Below, piece after piece: positions 29,659-44,625 of a stretch of 64,000 bases of DNA (positions within the stretch are counted from its first letter, which is position 1; the number at the start of each line of letters is the position of its first letter). The notes under the pieces are model-generated. The model was not told where the DNA came from and did not search any database. It saw nothing but the letters and a program-made list of their open reading frames with translations. Source of the stretch: Eledone cirrhosa (taxonomy: Eukaryota); NCBI GenBank assembly GCA_964016885.1, contig OZ024746.1:65224001-65288000 (forward strand), in the 5' to 3' direction. The position numbers and the translations under genes were made by a program.

Positions 29659-29690
<32 letters not shown>

Positions 29691-29709
29691 TACATATATA
29701 TATATATAC

Positions 29710-29817
<108 letters not shown>

Positions 29818-31774
29818 TCACATATAGGTATATGTTGTTTTTGTACATACACACACGCATATATATAGGTATATATACAAAATCATAATATTTGAACTCC
29901 AATTTTACATTTTTACCAATGTTTTCCACTAAATTATTTACATGAAATATTGAAAACTAATATTATATATATGTTCTTTGATCTATTTACTATACAATGA
30001 TTCTCAACCAACAATATTTCTTCCTAATTAAGTCGCATAAAATTTCACTTTTCCTTTGATGTTGAAATTTAATTAAATATAATTTCTGCTTTCACATTTG
30101 TAAAGAAACAGTTACTTCCCTTATGCCATATATTTTCTTAATTCTTTTATTAAAACTTCTATAGATATATTTCTTTATTAAAACTTATATAGATAAGCGA
30201 CTAAACAGCAATCTTATTTCATTTCCTTTTCTATCATCTTTATAGTGTTAGACTGGTTAGATAGCATATTTATCGTTGCTGGAAAAACATGTCTAGGCAG
30301 AGATTCCTAGAGGGTTATCATTCTTAGAAGAGTAGGGCTGGTTTTAGTGGTTAGCATAGAGGCAAGATGTATGGCAACAATATGGGAAATAAGATAAGGA
30401 AAGATAAGTGAGTCTTTAGTGCATGCATAAAGATGACAATAAGACCAGCCAGACCTGACACCCGAGGCCATGTAGGCAACAGTAGATAAAAAGAGAGCAA
30501 CAAAGCAAGAGAGAAGAGTCAGCAAGTCTGTAGATTAGTCATTGGAGTATATTTATAAGCGACTTAATGCCAATCAGTTCAGTAGCTTTTCTATGGATGC
30601 AGTTTATGATAGCTGTATGTTTTTAGAGAAGTAAACTATTTGCAAGCATTTGGGCCACTGTTACTTGTCTGAGGATAATTTCTTCATAATAGTTTCAGTT
30701 GATCATAGTCACTGTTCTTTCACCTCTGACTAAGTGTTAAAGACAAAAATAACAGAATCTTTATAAACAGTTGGTGTATAAAAGAGAGAATCATAGGGGT
30801 GTATATGAAAGCATATATGATATGTTTATGTATGACAAACACATGAGAATCTCGCTATGAATTTAAAAAAAAAAGCCATGATCATGTCACAGCTATGTCA
30901 GTAGCAGTGAGACTGCCAAATAGCTATTTCTGGATTTTTATCCATCACCAGTGACATTCACTCACACATGTCTGAGAAAAAATAGGCTGAACTGAAACCT
31001 ATATGGTTTTTGGGTATGAAACATGTGCTGTATGTGTTCATTTGTGTATAGTATGAACTGACTGGTTAAAGGGAGATAATTAGAAGTGACACAAACATAG
31101 CGGGCGTTCATCATAAGGAATTTTATGAGTGGTTCCCAACCTTTTGTGTACCATGCCTCACCTCAACATCTAAAAGATTGTTATGCCACCCCCACCCTTT
31201 TTAATATGAAAACTGCAATGATCAACTACAAAGTGTAAACAAATTGGTGTATAGGTGGTACCAGATGCACAATAACATGTGAAAGAGGAGGTGAAACAGG
31301 AGTTTCTGACAGTAATGTGTACCAAAGTTGCCTTGGTGTAAAAGTAATAAAGTAAAATCTTAAGTTTGTTCTCATTAACACCAAGAGCACTAGGGCTGGC
31401 ACTATGCTGTTCTGGGACATACAATGTGGCATGACTTATACCTGTGCCCCCCTTCCACTAGCACTCCCTAGCAGCTATCTTTCCCATCACTACAGCCCCA
31501 ACCTACCCATGCCTTCTCCAGCATTCACTCCTTAGTTACTTCCTCCTAAAAAGCCCCTATGCTCACTATGGCACCCTAGTAGCTACTCTCTTCCCACCCA
31601 TGCCCCTTCCACTAGCAGTCCCTAGTAGCTATCCTCACCATCACTACACAACCCTACTCCACCCATGCTCCCTCATGTTTCCATTTATTAGCAGTTGTCT
31701 CACTCTAAACCCCACTGACATTGTGCCTACTATTGACAGTCACTGGACCTTCTATATAAATATTCTTTCTACAG

Positions 31775-31860
31775 GTGATATGTTGCTGGCAATTGATGAT
31801 AGAGAAGTGTCTTGGAGTAAATTAGGAGCAGTTTTGAAGAGTCTCAAGAAACAAGTGCCG
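31775..31860 (+). CDS. INTU: INTU exon (PDZ: GDMLLAIDDREVSWSKLGAVLKSLKKQVP)
   Basis: ttctacag acceptor, gtaaga donor; phase 1 to 0, compatible with neighbouring exons. Confidence 0.9.
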
Positions 31861-32278
31861 GTAAGAAGTAATAAACCTTTCACCTAAATTTTTTGAAACC
31901 AATTTCTGCTTTTGAAATCTATTATTTATTATTATGTGAAGTATATATATATATTTTATATATATATATTTTTTATTTATATATATATATATTTTATTAT
32001 TATGAGAAGTATATATATATATTTTAAACAATACTAGTTATATTTTATCCTTTTTGCTTTTATTAAAAAATCTTGCTTTGCATATTTATTTACCTGGTCC
32101 TGATTCAGCCATGAATTAAAGTGACTTTATAATAAATCCATGTCATTGTTTATAAATATATGCTTAGAGACAGTTTAGTGTAGGCTGTAAATATAGCAGT
32201 GTGACTGAAAGTGGAAACAATTAACAAAACATTGACCTGTTGGCCTGTAAACTCTATTATCTTTTGATTTTGCCTTAA

Positions 32279-32499
32279 CTCTTTAGCATTTACATTACGC
32301 TATATTTACTATTGTATTTTCATGGTAAACACTTTATCTTACATAATTTACCCACATAATACTGAATCTATGAGATTTTGATATTATATATTTTGAGAAC
32401 AATACCTTGAAATAAGTATGATCAGACGGTTACAGCCAGTTTGAACAGGAAGAGGTGAGCAAATTCTGGCCGGATACAGTCGATTTAAATGCTAGAGGG
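32279..32499. mobile_element. TTAA-flanked piggyBac-type MITE
   Basis: ttaa|CTCTTTAGCATT..AATGCTAGAGGG|ttaa; homologous to 55018-55238. Confidence 0.75.
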
Positions 32500-34747
32500 T
32501 TAAAGAGATGTTTTTATTATCAATTTAGCAATTGTGAGATATACTACTCTTGGATAATTTAAAATACTCATATGCTACTCCTGGGCTGGGGGTACATATG
32601 ACTGTAGTAATCAAGAGATTTACTCCATAACTATGTGGTTTGGGAATCCATCTGACTGCACCACATCTTGAGTCAACCACAGCTTTCTAAGCAGAGTTTG
32701 CAAGCCAAAAACATACATAAATATACATAAGTGAGATGCAAACCTCATAGCCTGTCTGGGAGGTCAGTAGCCCCACTTCAGTATTTACTTGGTCTAAGTA
32801 GACCCATCCGCCCCTTGTTTGCAGGTAAAGCGAATGTTAAATGATGGTGATGATGACGATGAAACATCATATGCAATGTTCAAACTTTTAAAGCACTAAT
32901 GGATTATAATGTTCATATAAAATGTAGTACACTTATACAGAAAAATAACTATGAATAGTGTCAGTTGTTTCGTGAAAGAATAACAGTCAAGAGCTTAATG
33001 ATGTAAGAAAAATAATCTAAGTAATGATATTTATGTGGCAATGAGAATAGAATATCTCAATGATTAATATTACTTTACAGGTGACAAACCTAGATATATT
33101 TTAGTCTTAACTTACATGAATTAGCCTATCTCTTGAAAGACTTTTCAGTAAGTTAGGATTTATGTCAAATATGGATAAACCTTTTCAAGCAGTGAGCCAC
33201 ATAGGATATAATTCATCATAAGGTAGACTGCACTACTTAAAAGTTCAAGGTAATTTTAAAATTAGACATGCCATTCAGAAAGCTAAATGGGTTGCATACA
33301 CCTCACTGACTGGTTCATGCTATAATGAATGATAAGTGTTGAAGCTCTCCCAAAGATATGTGAGTTGTTCTTGTTTAGCCCCAGGTAAGTTGCTCTAACT
33401 GAGGAGATATATGATCAAAGGAGTTCTAGCCTTTCCGCCATCACTCATAAAAATGATTATTTGAAATTTTATTATTTAATGTGTCCTCCCTTTTTTAAGA
33501 TATAAGAGTGGAATTTGGGGTCGATTTGGCTGCTACTTCTAGGATGCTTAGTTATTATCTAGCTGCTTCCTTGTAGGCTCTATAAATAATTATAGTCAAG
33601 AGTTGTGAATATGTAGCAACATTCCATTTGGAGGTAATTTTAGCTGATACCAGTTGAAATATAAAGCAGATACAAATATGAAAGTTAAAGTTGGTGAATC
33701 TCAGATGTGATAAACATAAATTCTTATATAAAATGTTGATGCAATTATTAATTCATCAAATTTACACTTGTGACTCCTAGAAAATATTAACCTTGATCTT
33801 TTCATCTCTTGATGTAAGAATTCTCCAAAGTTCCAAGGTATTCCAAGGAGAATATCGATTTCTTTTAACACAGCAAAAAGCCAATCTTTGTTGAAATGTG
33901 TGAGACATATGGATGGTAAACATAATGTTGTGAAGCTTAAAATGAGATTCATAAAATTTCTTAGTGTTGTTATTTAGCTTCAATTCCTGACTCAGCAAAC
34001 TAACCAAAGATATTTTAGCTATGATAGCTTTTTTCTGATACTGTAGTGTTGTATTTGGGAAGGTTTGGCTGCTTTTAATAGGTGGTTTACTACAATGTGT
34101 TTGGACAGTGTATTGGCCACATATACTTTCTGGGCTCCCCCAGCTCCCCAAATATGCCATTTGTCTAATATGTTAAATGTTACTTCGCAACAATATGTCT
34201 GATGGGAAAGTAACCACAGTGGTGTCTTCTGCTTAATAAATACAAATACTGTTAAGTATTATATATGTAATATAGTGAGTTGCAAAACATCAATCAATTA
34301 AGGTTATCCAAGCAGCTAGTAGAAAAAAAAACCTATCTCAAGAGGATTTAAGAATTTTAAAACAGTGTGCAAGGGAAATAACTCTAGTAAGATCAGTTAA
34401 AATATTTGGATAATATAGACAATGATTTTTTTCTCCTCTTTGCAATCTTTTACTGAACAAAGATGTTTATTATTTTTTTATTTTTGAATCCGTACTTTAA
34501 TTTCTGGTCTACTACTCATAATAAGTCTGATACATACCCCTCCAGTTTAATTTATCTGATGTATCTAGATTTTTTGAGTGAATGCTGAAACTAGCACATT
34601 ACTGCCCCAGCTCCTGTAATTCTTGCACTTAATTAATTGAGTCTAATATTACACTAGAATTTTCAATAAACTTACCAAAATCTACAGCAAAGCAAATGTA
34701 ACAAAATGTTTTAATAACAAAATATTTTTGTAATTCGTATTTTTCAG

Positions 34748-34954
34748 ATTAAGCTTACTTTTCAAAATCCAGTCGTTGTTGGATCTACAAATCACAATCC
34801 TGTTGAAGGAATTCGTTTACCGTTTTGTGAAAATGTCATGCTGGCTGCTAGTGGGGAAGATTTCTCCTCATTAGTTGAACTGCTTGACAAATACAAGTGC
34901 AAACTCTTATGTCTTTCACTGGACATCGTTCAGAGTGATTTAGATTTTGGTCAG
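34748..34954 (+). CDS. INTU: INTU exon (IKLTFQNP..SGEDF..KLLCLSLD..DFGQ)
   Basis: ttttcag acceptor, gtaaaa donor; 69 codons; resembles INTU 'VKLTFEN..WGEE..IMYLTL'. Confidence 0.9.
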
Positions 34955-35040
34955 GTAAAAATTTGGTCCTATCTCTTTTTGTGACAGAAAAACATTTTTT
35001 GCAGCACTTTTATTTATGAAAGGATTAGTACTTTAAAAAA

Positions 35041-35762
35041 TAAGGTTCTCAACGGGGGGCATATGCACCCCCCCCCCCGGGGGGGGGGGGGGGGGGGGCG
35101 TTTCGGAACTCCAGGGGGGCGTTTGGGAGCAAGGTCGCGTTAGGGGGGCGTTTGGAGCTGGGGGAAGGGGTTAGGGGGGCGCTGGGTTTTTCCATTTTTA
35201 GGATCTCAATTACCTGTTAACGTCTCAATTACCGGACATGCCTGCACACCTGCTCGCAGCTGCGGTTTGAATGAGCTTGCAGACAGCATAACTATAGTCT
35301 GACCGCAGCTATGAGCAGGTGTGCAGGCGTGTCTAGACATTAACTGGTAATTGAGATCCTAAAAATGGAAAAACCCACAGTCAACTGGGTCAAAGACACT
35401 TTGAGCGCAGACAGTTAGAATCTTATCTTTCCTTCACCGATAACAATGTATTTCATGTCTGAAATTATTGACTTAACCGTAACGAGTTAACACTATGTAG
35501 ATCTATTTTATTCCCTATTGTATAAATAATATTACAAATAAAAAAAAGAAAAGAAAAAAACAGAAGCGAGTAGAACACACATCTAGGACCACATACAACA
35601 CATAATCAGATAATACACACATGTTTGGAATATTGTTAATCAATTTTTTAGTAATCTACTGATATAAAAATCAGTAGTATATTGAAAAAGTGAAAAAATA
35701 GGGGGGGGGGGGGCGTTTCGTGATTTCGAGGGTAAAAAGCCTAAATGGGTTGAGAACCTGTG
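35041..35762. mobile_element. hAT/Charlie-like non-autonomous element with G-rich subtermini and an internal inverted repeat
   Basis: Termini aggttctcaac..gttgagaacct; repeated gggggcgttt motifs; TSD not clear. Confidence 0.6.
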
Positions 35763-36269
35763 ATGTACACAATTACATGTATGAGTAACTTTCAAGAAAT
35801 AACTATCCACAAGGACAAATGTAGGGTTAGAACCCTAAACCATATGACTGGAAAGGGAACTTTTTTATTGCAGCAGCTGTGTGTGTTTGTGTACATGTGT
35901 ATATGTGTATGTATTTGTGTTTTCTCTTCACATGAATTGTTAGTGTAGGAAGTGACATTTGTTTATATTCATCTTGGCATCAAGAAGGGATTTGGTCCAT
36001 TGAATACTGCCTCAAAATAAATTCTCATCCAACTCATGCTAGAAAAACAGATAAAAAATCTGACGATGATAAGTTCTGTACTTGTAATAAGATACCTAGT
36101 CATTCTCAACCATTACACTGCCAAAGACTCCTTTTATTTAAATGATTTTCCTATGGAACCCTACAACAATTATTTCACTTCCAGATTGTAATACAAGAAT
36201 AATAATTAAAATAGAGATATTTTTATACTTAAAAAAGAATGGTTACTCAGTGGCATATATATATTATGA

Positions 36270-36594
36270 AGGCCTCACTGGGTCATGAATGACCATGGTT
36301 TTGCACCTAGAAAGTTTCCCTCCGAGGCACAAGCCTGGGCAAGGTTTTGTTCTGTCACCCATGCATACCAGTCTCCCCTCTCCATGCCACCAATGTTGTC
36401 CAGGGGAAAGGTAATGACTGATACAGCTTGGCACCTGTGACATTGAAACTCAGTTCTACAGCTGAGTAAACTGGAGCAACGTGAAATAAAGTGTCTTGCT
36501 CAAAGACACAACACGTCACCCGGTCTGAGAATCAAGCTCATAACTTCTCAATTGCAAGCCCAATACTATAACCACTAAACCATGTGCCTTCACA
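36270..36594 (-). mobile_element. tRNA-derived SINE
   Basis: Head ggcacatggtttagtggtta..; core ttgagcaagacactttatttcacgttgctccagtttactcagctg shared with 47887. Confidence 0.75.
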
Positions 36595-37183
36595 TATGTA
36601 TATTATTATGTTTTTAACAAAATACTTGAAATTTTGAACTTAGCTCATCGACCCTCCTGTGATATATTTGCTCACGCCCAGGATTCTAAAAACCTTCGGT
36701 TGGCAAGCACTGGAATATATGGAGCTTTCTGTTTGTAGATTAGGATAGCTGGATCTGTACATTGGTCTGAAGTCTTCAGAGAGTTATGTTCACATCATCA
36801 AATATCTTTAACCCTTTCATTACTATTTCTGATAAAATTCACTGTCTATATCTTTTAATTAATTTTGAAAATATTCAAATATTTGGAAGAATTTAATTAA
36901 ATAACTACTAACTCTTTTATTGATAATTTGATATTAAGATTATTACTTATAAAATGTTTCTAAAATAAAATTGTGATGCATAAACATTTCAAAATGATCA
37001 GTTTTGTATCATAATGCAGAGAAATTTCAGGCAGTTTACTATCAAAAGCTTTTTTGTACAGCTGACTTTGAAACATTAACAAACAACAACAGCAGTTAGT
37101 AATAACAAGTTATTGGGGGAAAAATAGATTATTATGAAATTATTCAGGAAAATATGTACATCTTTTTTTATTATATTTTGTAG

Positions 37184-37293
37184 GAGATCATATACGAGTT
37201 TCCATTCCATAATGATAAAGTCAGTCATGTGAGAGGAATGTTTATTACTCTAAATAAAGTACTGGAAGAGATTGTTCAAAGCCAAACACAATG
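37184..37293 (+). CDS. INTU: INTU exon (longin 1: EIIYEFPFHNDKVSHVRGMFITLNKVLEEIV)
   Basis: ttgtag acceptor, gtaagt donor; resembles 'EILYHYP..KSVRGIFLTLCDML'. Confidence 0.92.
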
Positions 37294-37559
37294 GTAAGTG
37301 TATTTATATAAGGCTAGGAAGTATGATATTTCCAAGCTTAGGTCTCTTGCACAAAATGTCTACCTTAAGTCTCCCTTTAGTTCCTTTTCACCTTTTTTGA
37401 TACTCTTGCATCTTTCTGTCACTCATCTTTATTACTTAATCATCCTTTTCACAATACCATTTCTATTACAGACTTACGTAAATGAGCCTATAGTATTAAA
37501 CAAGTGTCAAAAATAACTTTCTTTCCCTGTGTTTGACAATTGAATTCTCTCTTATTTAA

Positions 37560-37760
37560 CGGTTAGTCCACCTTGTTGTCCCAGTGGACAGAATGGAGAA
37601 TTCGTTGCCCTGGAGGATGATGTGAGAGATGCACTGGTGCAGCCACTCTGACTTGTGGGGTTTGTTCTTGTGAGTAGCAAACTCCTCCCTGATAACAGTG
37701 AGTAGGGATGTTGTCCTGGGGCCAAGAACATCCGAAGTCTCCATTACTAACCATCACTTG
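37560..37760 (-). mobile_element. Second, more decayed CRE-clade 3' fragment
   Basis: ETSDVLGPRTTSLL..EWLHQCISHIILQGNEFSIL aligns with the end of the 20212-20613 ORF. Confidence 0.75.
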
Positions 37761-40417
37761 CTTTTTCTTTTGCACCAGTTATCTCCTTCACCAGCTCTCT
37801 CCCCGCTCTCTCTGAAAACATGACTTTCATTATTGTCACTTTTCTATTATTTCAAGCACTCCCTCATTACTCACTTACCTTTGCCATACTACTTTCACAC
37901 CAACTGTATCTTTCTCACTCTCTCCTCCTTCTTACCAAAGTACTCTTCCATCATATTCTCTCTCCTCCTTTCGCCGTCCACCCACCCTAATTCTTCTCCT
38001 ATTGCTCTCTATTCTATTCACCTTTTTGGTCAAGTTGTTGTGAATGAAGGGAGACTATGTAGAACAGTGGTTATTCTTTAGTTTTATGTAATGCTAGGGC
38101 ATGCACATGGGTTGCCACACACAAGAGAACGTTCCCCCACACCACCCAGACACACATCATTGGGGAAGCAATGTTAGATGCTCTTCAGGTGAAAAGTGTT
38201 ACCTCTTCTGTCTTATGGCACAAAATTTTATAAAAAAATAGAAACAGATTGATGCAGAGATTTTGAGACAAATTATGTTTGAGCAACACTTTCAAACCTC
38301 ACTAGTACTGGTGTACTGGTGTCAATAAAGTACACTGTAAACAACAAGTGAGACATGTTTCACTAACATGTCTAGGAAGGCAGTAACACTGTATAAGTAT
38401 TGTCGCAGAATGTGATGTCATACGAAATCCATACCAACATAGAAAGTATACTAAAATGATGTTCAAGATATATATCAGAAAAATGAACAAGGAAAAAGCA
38501 ACACAATGCAACGATGGTATATTAGTTTAATGCTTGATATATTTGGAAAAGAGTCTTAATGTTTCAGAATAGGTGTGCAGGAGAAGAGGGGGGGGGGGGG
38601 GGGCTAAGTGGAAGGAGAAGGTAGGTAAATGGTAGGCGGAAAATAGTAGTTGAAGGAAGAATTGAGCAAGAGGTAGTGGGGAGAATTGGAGAAGAGAAAT
38701 GAAGAGTGAGGAGGAGAAAATGGGAGACAGTAACAAAAAAGAAGAGAAATAGCAGAAAAAATACACAAACACATACAGACATATGTTGTTGAGTTGTCCC
38801 AGGTCATCCTTGATCCTGGAAACTGATGCAGTTAGAGCAAGTTTCTTGTGGATATTTGGGTACTATTTCTAGCAGGTTAAGTAAAAGTAGAAGCTCTCTT
38901 TGTCGACTCATGACATAGAGACTGTCTAGTTGGCTAGCATATATTATGTTGATGTCTGTTAAATGAACAGCACCTAGAATATCAATATAGGATGGTAATA
39001 TATAGAATGCCATTGATCAAAGGTTTACTTGATCAGGGCTGACCAACAAAAATAGCTATAACAGTATTTGTGTAAACTAAATGCATTTCAATATTTTGTT
39101 TTTTCTGTCAGAATTTTGAGTTAAAATGACAACAGGATCAATATTCCTTTATATCTGACATCAAATAAACAAGTACAATCAATTCTGATCAATTATATAG
39201 TATTGATGACTAAAATGCTTATGCAATTAACTGAAGTATGCAACTAATGGATCTGCATATTCAGTGATAAAATACAAGAAGTTGATATATTGTCAGTAGT
39301 AAAGTTGTTATTTGGCCACAGACCAACTGATAAAGTAGACTCATAACCATAGAAAGCCCAGCCACGACAATCCTGTTTAGTTAAGGGTATGTAGAACTAC
39401 ATTATCTAATGCGTTCTCACCTAACAGGACCAGTGGCCATGTAGAAACTTCTCTATTAGCTCATTGTGGCTATGCTTAACATGCATGGACAACACAATGA
39501 CCCTCACCCCCTTCACCAAGAACAAATTATGTAGTCTTGAATGTTAGACCTATACTTGAGTATATTTTGGATGCTTTTTCTAGCTATACCATCAGTTTTG
39601 CTCTGTGTTGGAGACACACCACATCTCTTTATATGCTTATGTATCCACCAATGCAGTGAAATTAGAGTTTTCTAGAATTCCAGATGTTAGTGTTTACTCA
39701 ATGGACTGTAAACCAATCCCAACACTTTCTTTCTAATAAAAAGGCTAGCCAAAAGTCATCAACAAAACATTGTATTCATGCTACTAAAAACAACTAGTAA
39801 GCAAACTAACCAATGAGGGAATGTTTTAGGGTCATTCGATTTGTTAGAAGTAGTAGCCAAAGATCCCTCAAATCACACCCTACTGTATTAGAAAAGGAAA
39901 AATAGGGTAGTGTGATCGAGAAGCTGTTTGTACACAAAAAAAAACATATGATGGACATGGCTAGAATACTCTACATCATAGGTTTGCTCGATAAGGGTTG
40001 ATTTGGTGCCAAACAACAAACAAACAGTGGTCGAGTAATTGAGTCAATATTAGAATCTATACATTTTCACTTGATCTGCTAGAAATAGTCAAATTTACAT
40101 AAAATCACTAATTGTGATCTTAAATAAAAAAAAAGAAAAAGGAAAATGGCAGTAGATAATGTAACCCTAGATTCATTGACCTGAAAATATGATGGCATAG
40201 TCATGTTTGGAGTGTCTTTCATTATAGCTCTGCTTCACCAGAATTGATCTGACGCTAAATAATATCCTCTCCACTACCACAACCAGCACCATCCTTAACA
40301 CAACCTCAACTGCTACCACCACCACAATTACCATGATGATGACAACGACGACCACCACCACTACCATCGACAACTACAACAACAGTCAAGTAATGTTATT
40401 TTGTGTCTTCTTTCCAG

Positions 40418-40507
40418 TTCTAATCTGGTCTACCACCAGCAGCAGATTAATGTGTCATACTACAAAGATGACAACAGCACCCTTCTGTTAGTGTTGCCCA
40501 CAGATTT
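40418..40507 (+). CDS. INTU: INTU exon (SNLVYHQQQINVSYYKDDNSTLLLVLPTD)
   Basis: tttccag acceptor, gtaagt donor; phase 2 to 2; resembles '[27 protein letters not shown]'. Confidence 0.9.
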
Positions 40508-40527
40508 GTAAGTTTCTTTCTTTATTT

Positions 40528-40578
<51 letters not shown>

Positions 40579-43052
40579 TCACAAAACCATCATCATGAAC
40601 ATCACTACCAACAACAACGACAATACCACCATCACAATTAACATCATGAACATCATCATCATGATGTGTGCATGGGTTAAATGACCTGGCACTTTAGGGC
40701 TGAGGACTGGGTTTTACTCATATATTCCAGTTTTGGCTTGGCTTTCTACAGCAGAATGCCCTTTATAATGCCAACCACTTTACAGTGTTGACTGGACACC
40801 GTTCTTTTTGTCATAGCTCTTCTATGTGATAATTAGTATTTACCTCAGAAAACTGGTACAATATAGTAGAAATATATAAAGGGCAAAGGATGACAAATAA
40901 AACAAAACAAAAGAATGTTTTGTTACCCAGTATATCTTAACATAATATTTCAGAGTCAATATCCACTTTTCACATGCAAAATAAGAACAAACGATGTGTT
41001 TTTCCTTAACTGGTTCAAGTGTCTGGTTTGTACACGTGCAGAGCAGGTATAGAAGCCACTATACATATGTGTGTGTGTGTGTTGAGAGAGTTAGCAGAAG
41101 AGAGAATTGACTATGTCTCTGCATTTTATTTGTGTGTTTATATTTATGTATAAATGTATGTATAAATTTATTGAATGCTCATATAAACTAAACATGAAAA
41201 TATATTGTGTTGCCTGAAGGTCTTTGATTACAACATATAATCTGTGATTTCTTTGTCCTAGAACAAGCATATTATTATATGATAATGTGATCAAGAGGAC
41301 AGGAAAGAGATAAATCTAAATCAACAATATATTTGTTTTATGCTGTTATCAATATATAACTCTCAAACATTCTAAACACAATTGATATTGAACACTTGAA
41401 TACAATGTACTTGAGAAAGTGTGTTTTGATACATTTAGCATTTTGTTGGATAGACTTCCAAACAATTTCTCATACCATCTACTCTATCCATTCACTTCAC
41501 TGCTCCAGTGATTGTAATGATTACCACTCCACATTATTGTTTACCGAGATCCACCCTGCTTTATTACTCATTTTTCAAATAATTGATCATAAACTAGTAA
41601 ATGAGAAACAACTATAAATGCCCTTTGGCTAACAATGCAACAAAGACATTTGCCAAAAGCTTGAATGCATTGAATTCAATGTTCTATTAACTTTGTGGAA
41701 ATAGGAAAAGCTTTTAGAAGTTAGAAGGAAGATACATTTTGAAATTTAAAGATGGTCCCTTCATGCCTTATGTAAAGAATGTAGAAATGGCAGCATTCAG
41801 TAAATGTTAAATGCAGAGAGTACATTAAGTGAAGCTGGTAGAGAGATAATTTTATCCAGTCCATAAATGAAATCAATGATGTATTTAACAACTAGCTGTT
41901 GGCATATTTCAATCCAATAATGTAAACAAATTCCAATTTGAAACTTTAGGAGAAGGAATACAGAATTGCATGTTATCTTCATAAAGTATGGCTAACCTTT
42001 CTACTGTTAGTTAATAAGGCACTACGAATTTGAAGAATAGGAAAGGCAATCAATCTTGGTTGGCAGATGTGATACTATCTCTATTTATTTATATGTCTTG
42101 TGTCAGAATGAGATTTCTCAAGTTATGTAAAGCTATTCCTCCCAATGGGTGAAGTTTCCTGACCTTCCTTCAGTGTATAGTTTGAGTTTGGCAGCAGCCA
42201 TGAGGCTTTTCTGTGGCTATTGATAATTAAACTACCTTGTGGATAGAAGATAATAAAATATAGAAAATAAAGTAAATACATATATTACAGTGTTTAAATT
42301 AATAATGGTTAAGTGTGTTTAAGAAGTTCGTTTCACATCTGTGAGGTTTGGGATTCAACCCCACTATGCGACATCTTAAGCAAAAGTCCTCCTCTATGCT
42401 GTGTCAGTAAAATTTAAAATACTGAAATTATGTAGTTTGCCCATCAAATATATCTATCTATCTATATAACTAAGGGAGGATTCTCAATGGGGATTGTGGC
42501 AAAACCACAGTTCAAAAAGCTACTCATTACATCAGTAGAGTATAGGTGGCTTTATTTTATATAAAGGCTTTACCATTTGGCCAATGACCAATAACCACTC
42601 TAGCATTGATCCCATGAAAATGCAATCAGTAGAACCTGTAAGGTGGTTGGCAACAAGAAGAGCACCCTGTCTGGGAGGTCAGTAACCCCTCTTCATTACT
42701 GACTTTGTCTATGATAACACATTCAGTCAGTGCTACCAGAGAGAGCATTTATATATATATATATATATGTAGACAAATCTAACAAAATATACGGTAGTGT
42801 CCAATCTGTATGAAGAACTCAATGTAATCCAAATATCATGAAGAGAGAAGATGCATTCAAATATTTTCGATGAAAATCATAGAAAAACAGAGTTAAGATA
42901 AATTAATAAAAACAATGAATAAAAACAAAGAACAAGTTCCTTATATTAGGATATATATGTGTGTTGGTATGTATATCATATAGATCTATGTAACAATATT
43001 ACAAACTATCAGAGGAAATATACATACCTTCACATATATATGCTGTCTTCAG

Positions 43053-43184
43053 ATCATTTCTGAAGACAGCATATATATGTGAAGGTATGTATATTTCCTC
43101 TGATAGTTTGTAATATTTTTACATAGATCTATATGATATACATACCAACACACATATATATCCTAGAAACGATCGTAAAATGAT
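43053..43184 (+). ncRNA. Type I hammerhead with a ~99-nt stem II, in fold-back cassette 42770-43242
   Basis: ATCATTT-CTGAAGA-[43067-43165, largely self-complementary]-GAAA-CGATCG-TA-AAATGAT. Confidence 0.75.
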
Positions 43185-44500
43185 GAATTTTTTAATATAA
43201 GGAACTTGTTATTTATTTTTATTCATTGTTTTTATTAATTTATATATATATATATATATATAGTAATAATAATAAATGTTAAAACTAAAATTCAAAGAGG
43301 GCTCGATAAGGATATATATATGTATATGTGTCGTTTGCTTTTCTATTTCTGTTTTCTTTTTACACACATACACACACGTGTGTGTATGTGTGCATTTGTA
43401 CAATGACAATGGATCACAAAAATTGGTGACATGTGATACTGGAGAATATATATATATCTTGAGAGAGAGAGAAAGGTGTACAAATGACCAAAAATCATGA
43501 AATGTCATGTATATTTATATACAGTTAAGACTTTAGAATGATCTAGAAATGCATGTGTATCCTACTCTGGACAATAGTAGATTTGCTCATTGAGTGATAC
43601 TTGTCCTAGTTTCAACCAACCTATTTTGCATGCCAAATATTCACACATCCATTCTCCCCATCACCCCGAGTAGATTATTTAACGTTTGTAGAAAAGCAAT
43701 AACTTGGTTTTCTTTGATAATTTGAAGGCCATGATTTTGATTCTCACCAGTGGATCCTCTCAACAATAACCATAATAACAACTTTGATCTATATTGTTTT
43801 GACTCTTTTCTCTTCCTACATGGCCCACCCTGCTTCATTTCACGATCAACATTAAGTCTTTTTATGCTGTCATTCCTCAACAAAGGCATCTTCCTCACTA
43901 CATATCTCTCTACCTCAACCTTGTACAACCACCATGCATGCATTTGCTTCTACACACACACACATGCATACATATTCATGCATACATATAAAAATACGTA
44001 CATGTATGCACATACATGTACACACTCATGCCACCTGTCAACCTCATACTCAGCCGTAAACACACACATCTCTAAACACACACCACTCTTGTATATATAC
44101 ACACATGCCACCTGTCAACCAGGTATTCAGCCACACACACACACATGTCTAAACACACACAGTTATTGTATATACATGTATATTCAGATGCACACGCACA
44201 TGCAACTATAAGTTGGTTTCATGTGTAAGCACAGTAAGTGGTGTATAACTTGTTTATAAGATACAATGATGTAAGTCCCCGGTTGTAGTGGATGATACAT
44301 TAGAGTGTATGTGGGCTAATATGAAACAGTAATCTAGATGTTCAGATATAAAAATTTAAATAATATAAAGATATTAAAGACATAAAAATATGGAAACAGG
44401 TTATATGTAAAATAAGGCAATAGTAAAAGCTGTATTACCTCAAGAAAAAATGTTATCTGGTGTGGCTAGTCTAGAGCGAGATGTTGAAGGCATGAATGAA

Positions 44501-44543
<43 letters not shown>

Positions 44544-44625
44544 ATGTTCATATATATGCTTATACATGTATATTAAAGATAGCATGCATTATTGATTATT
44601 TTGGTTTTGTTTTTCATCTTAACAG

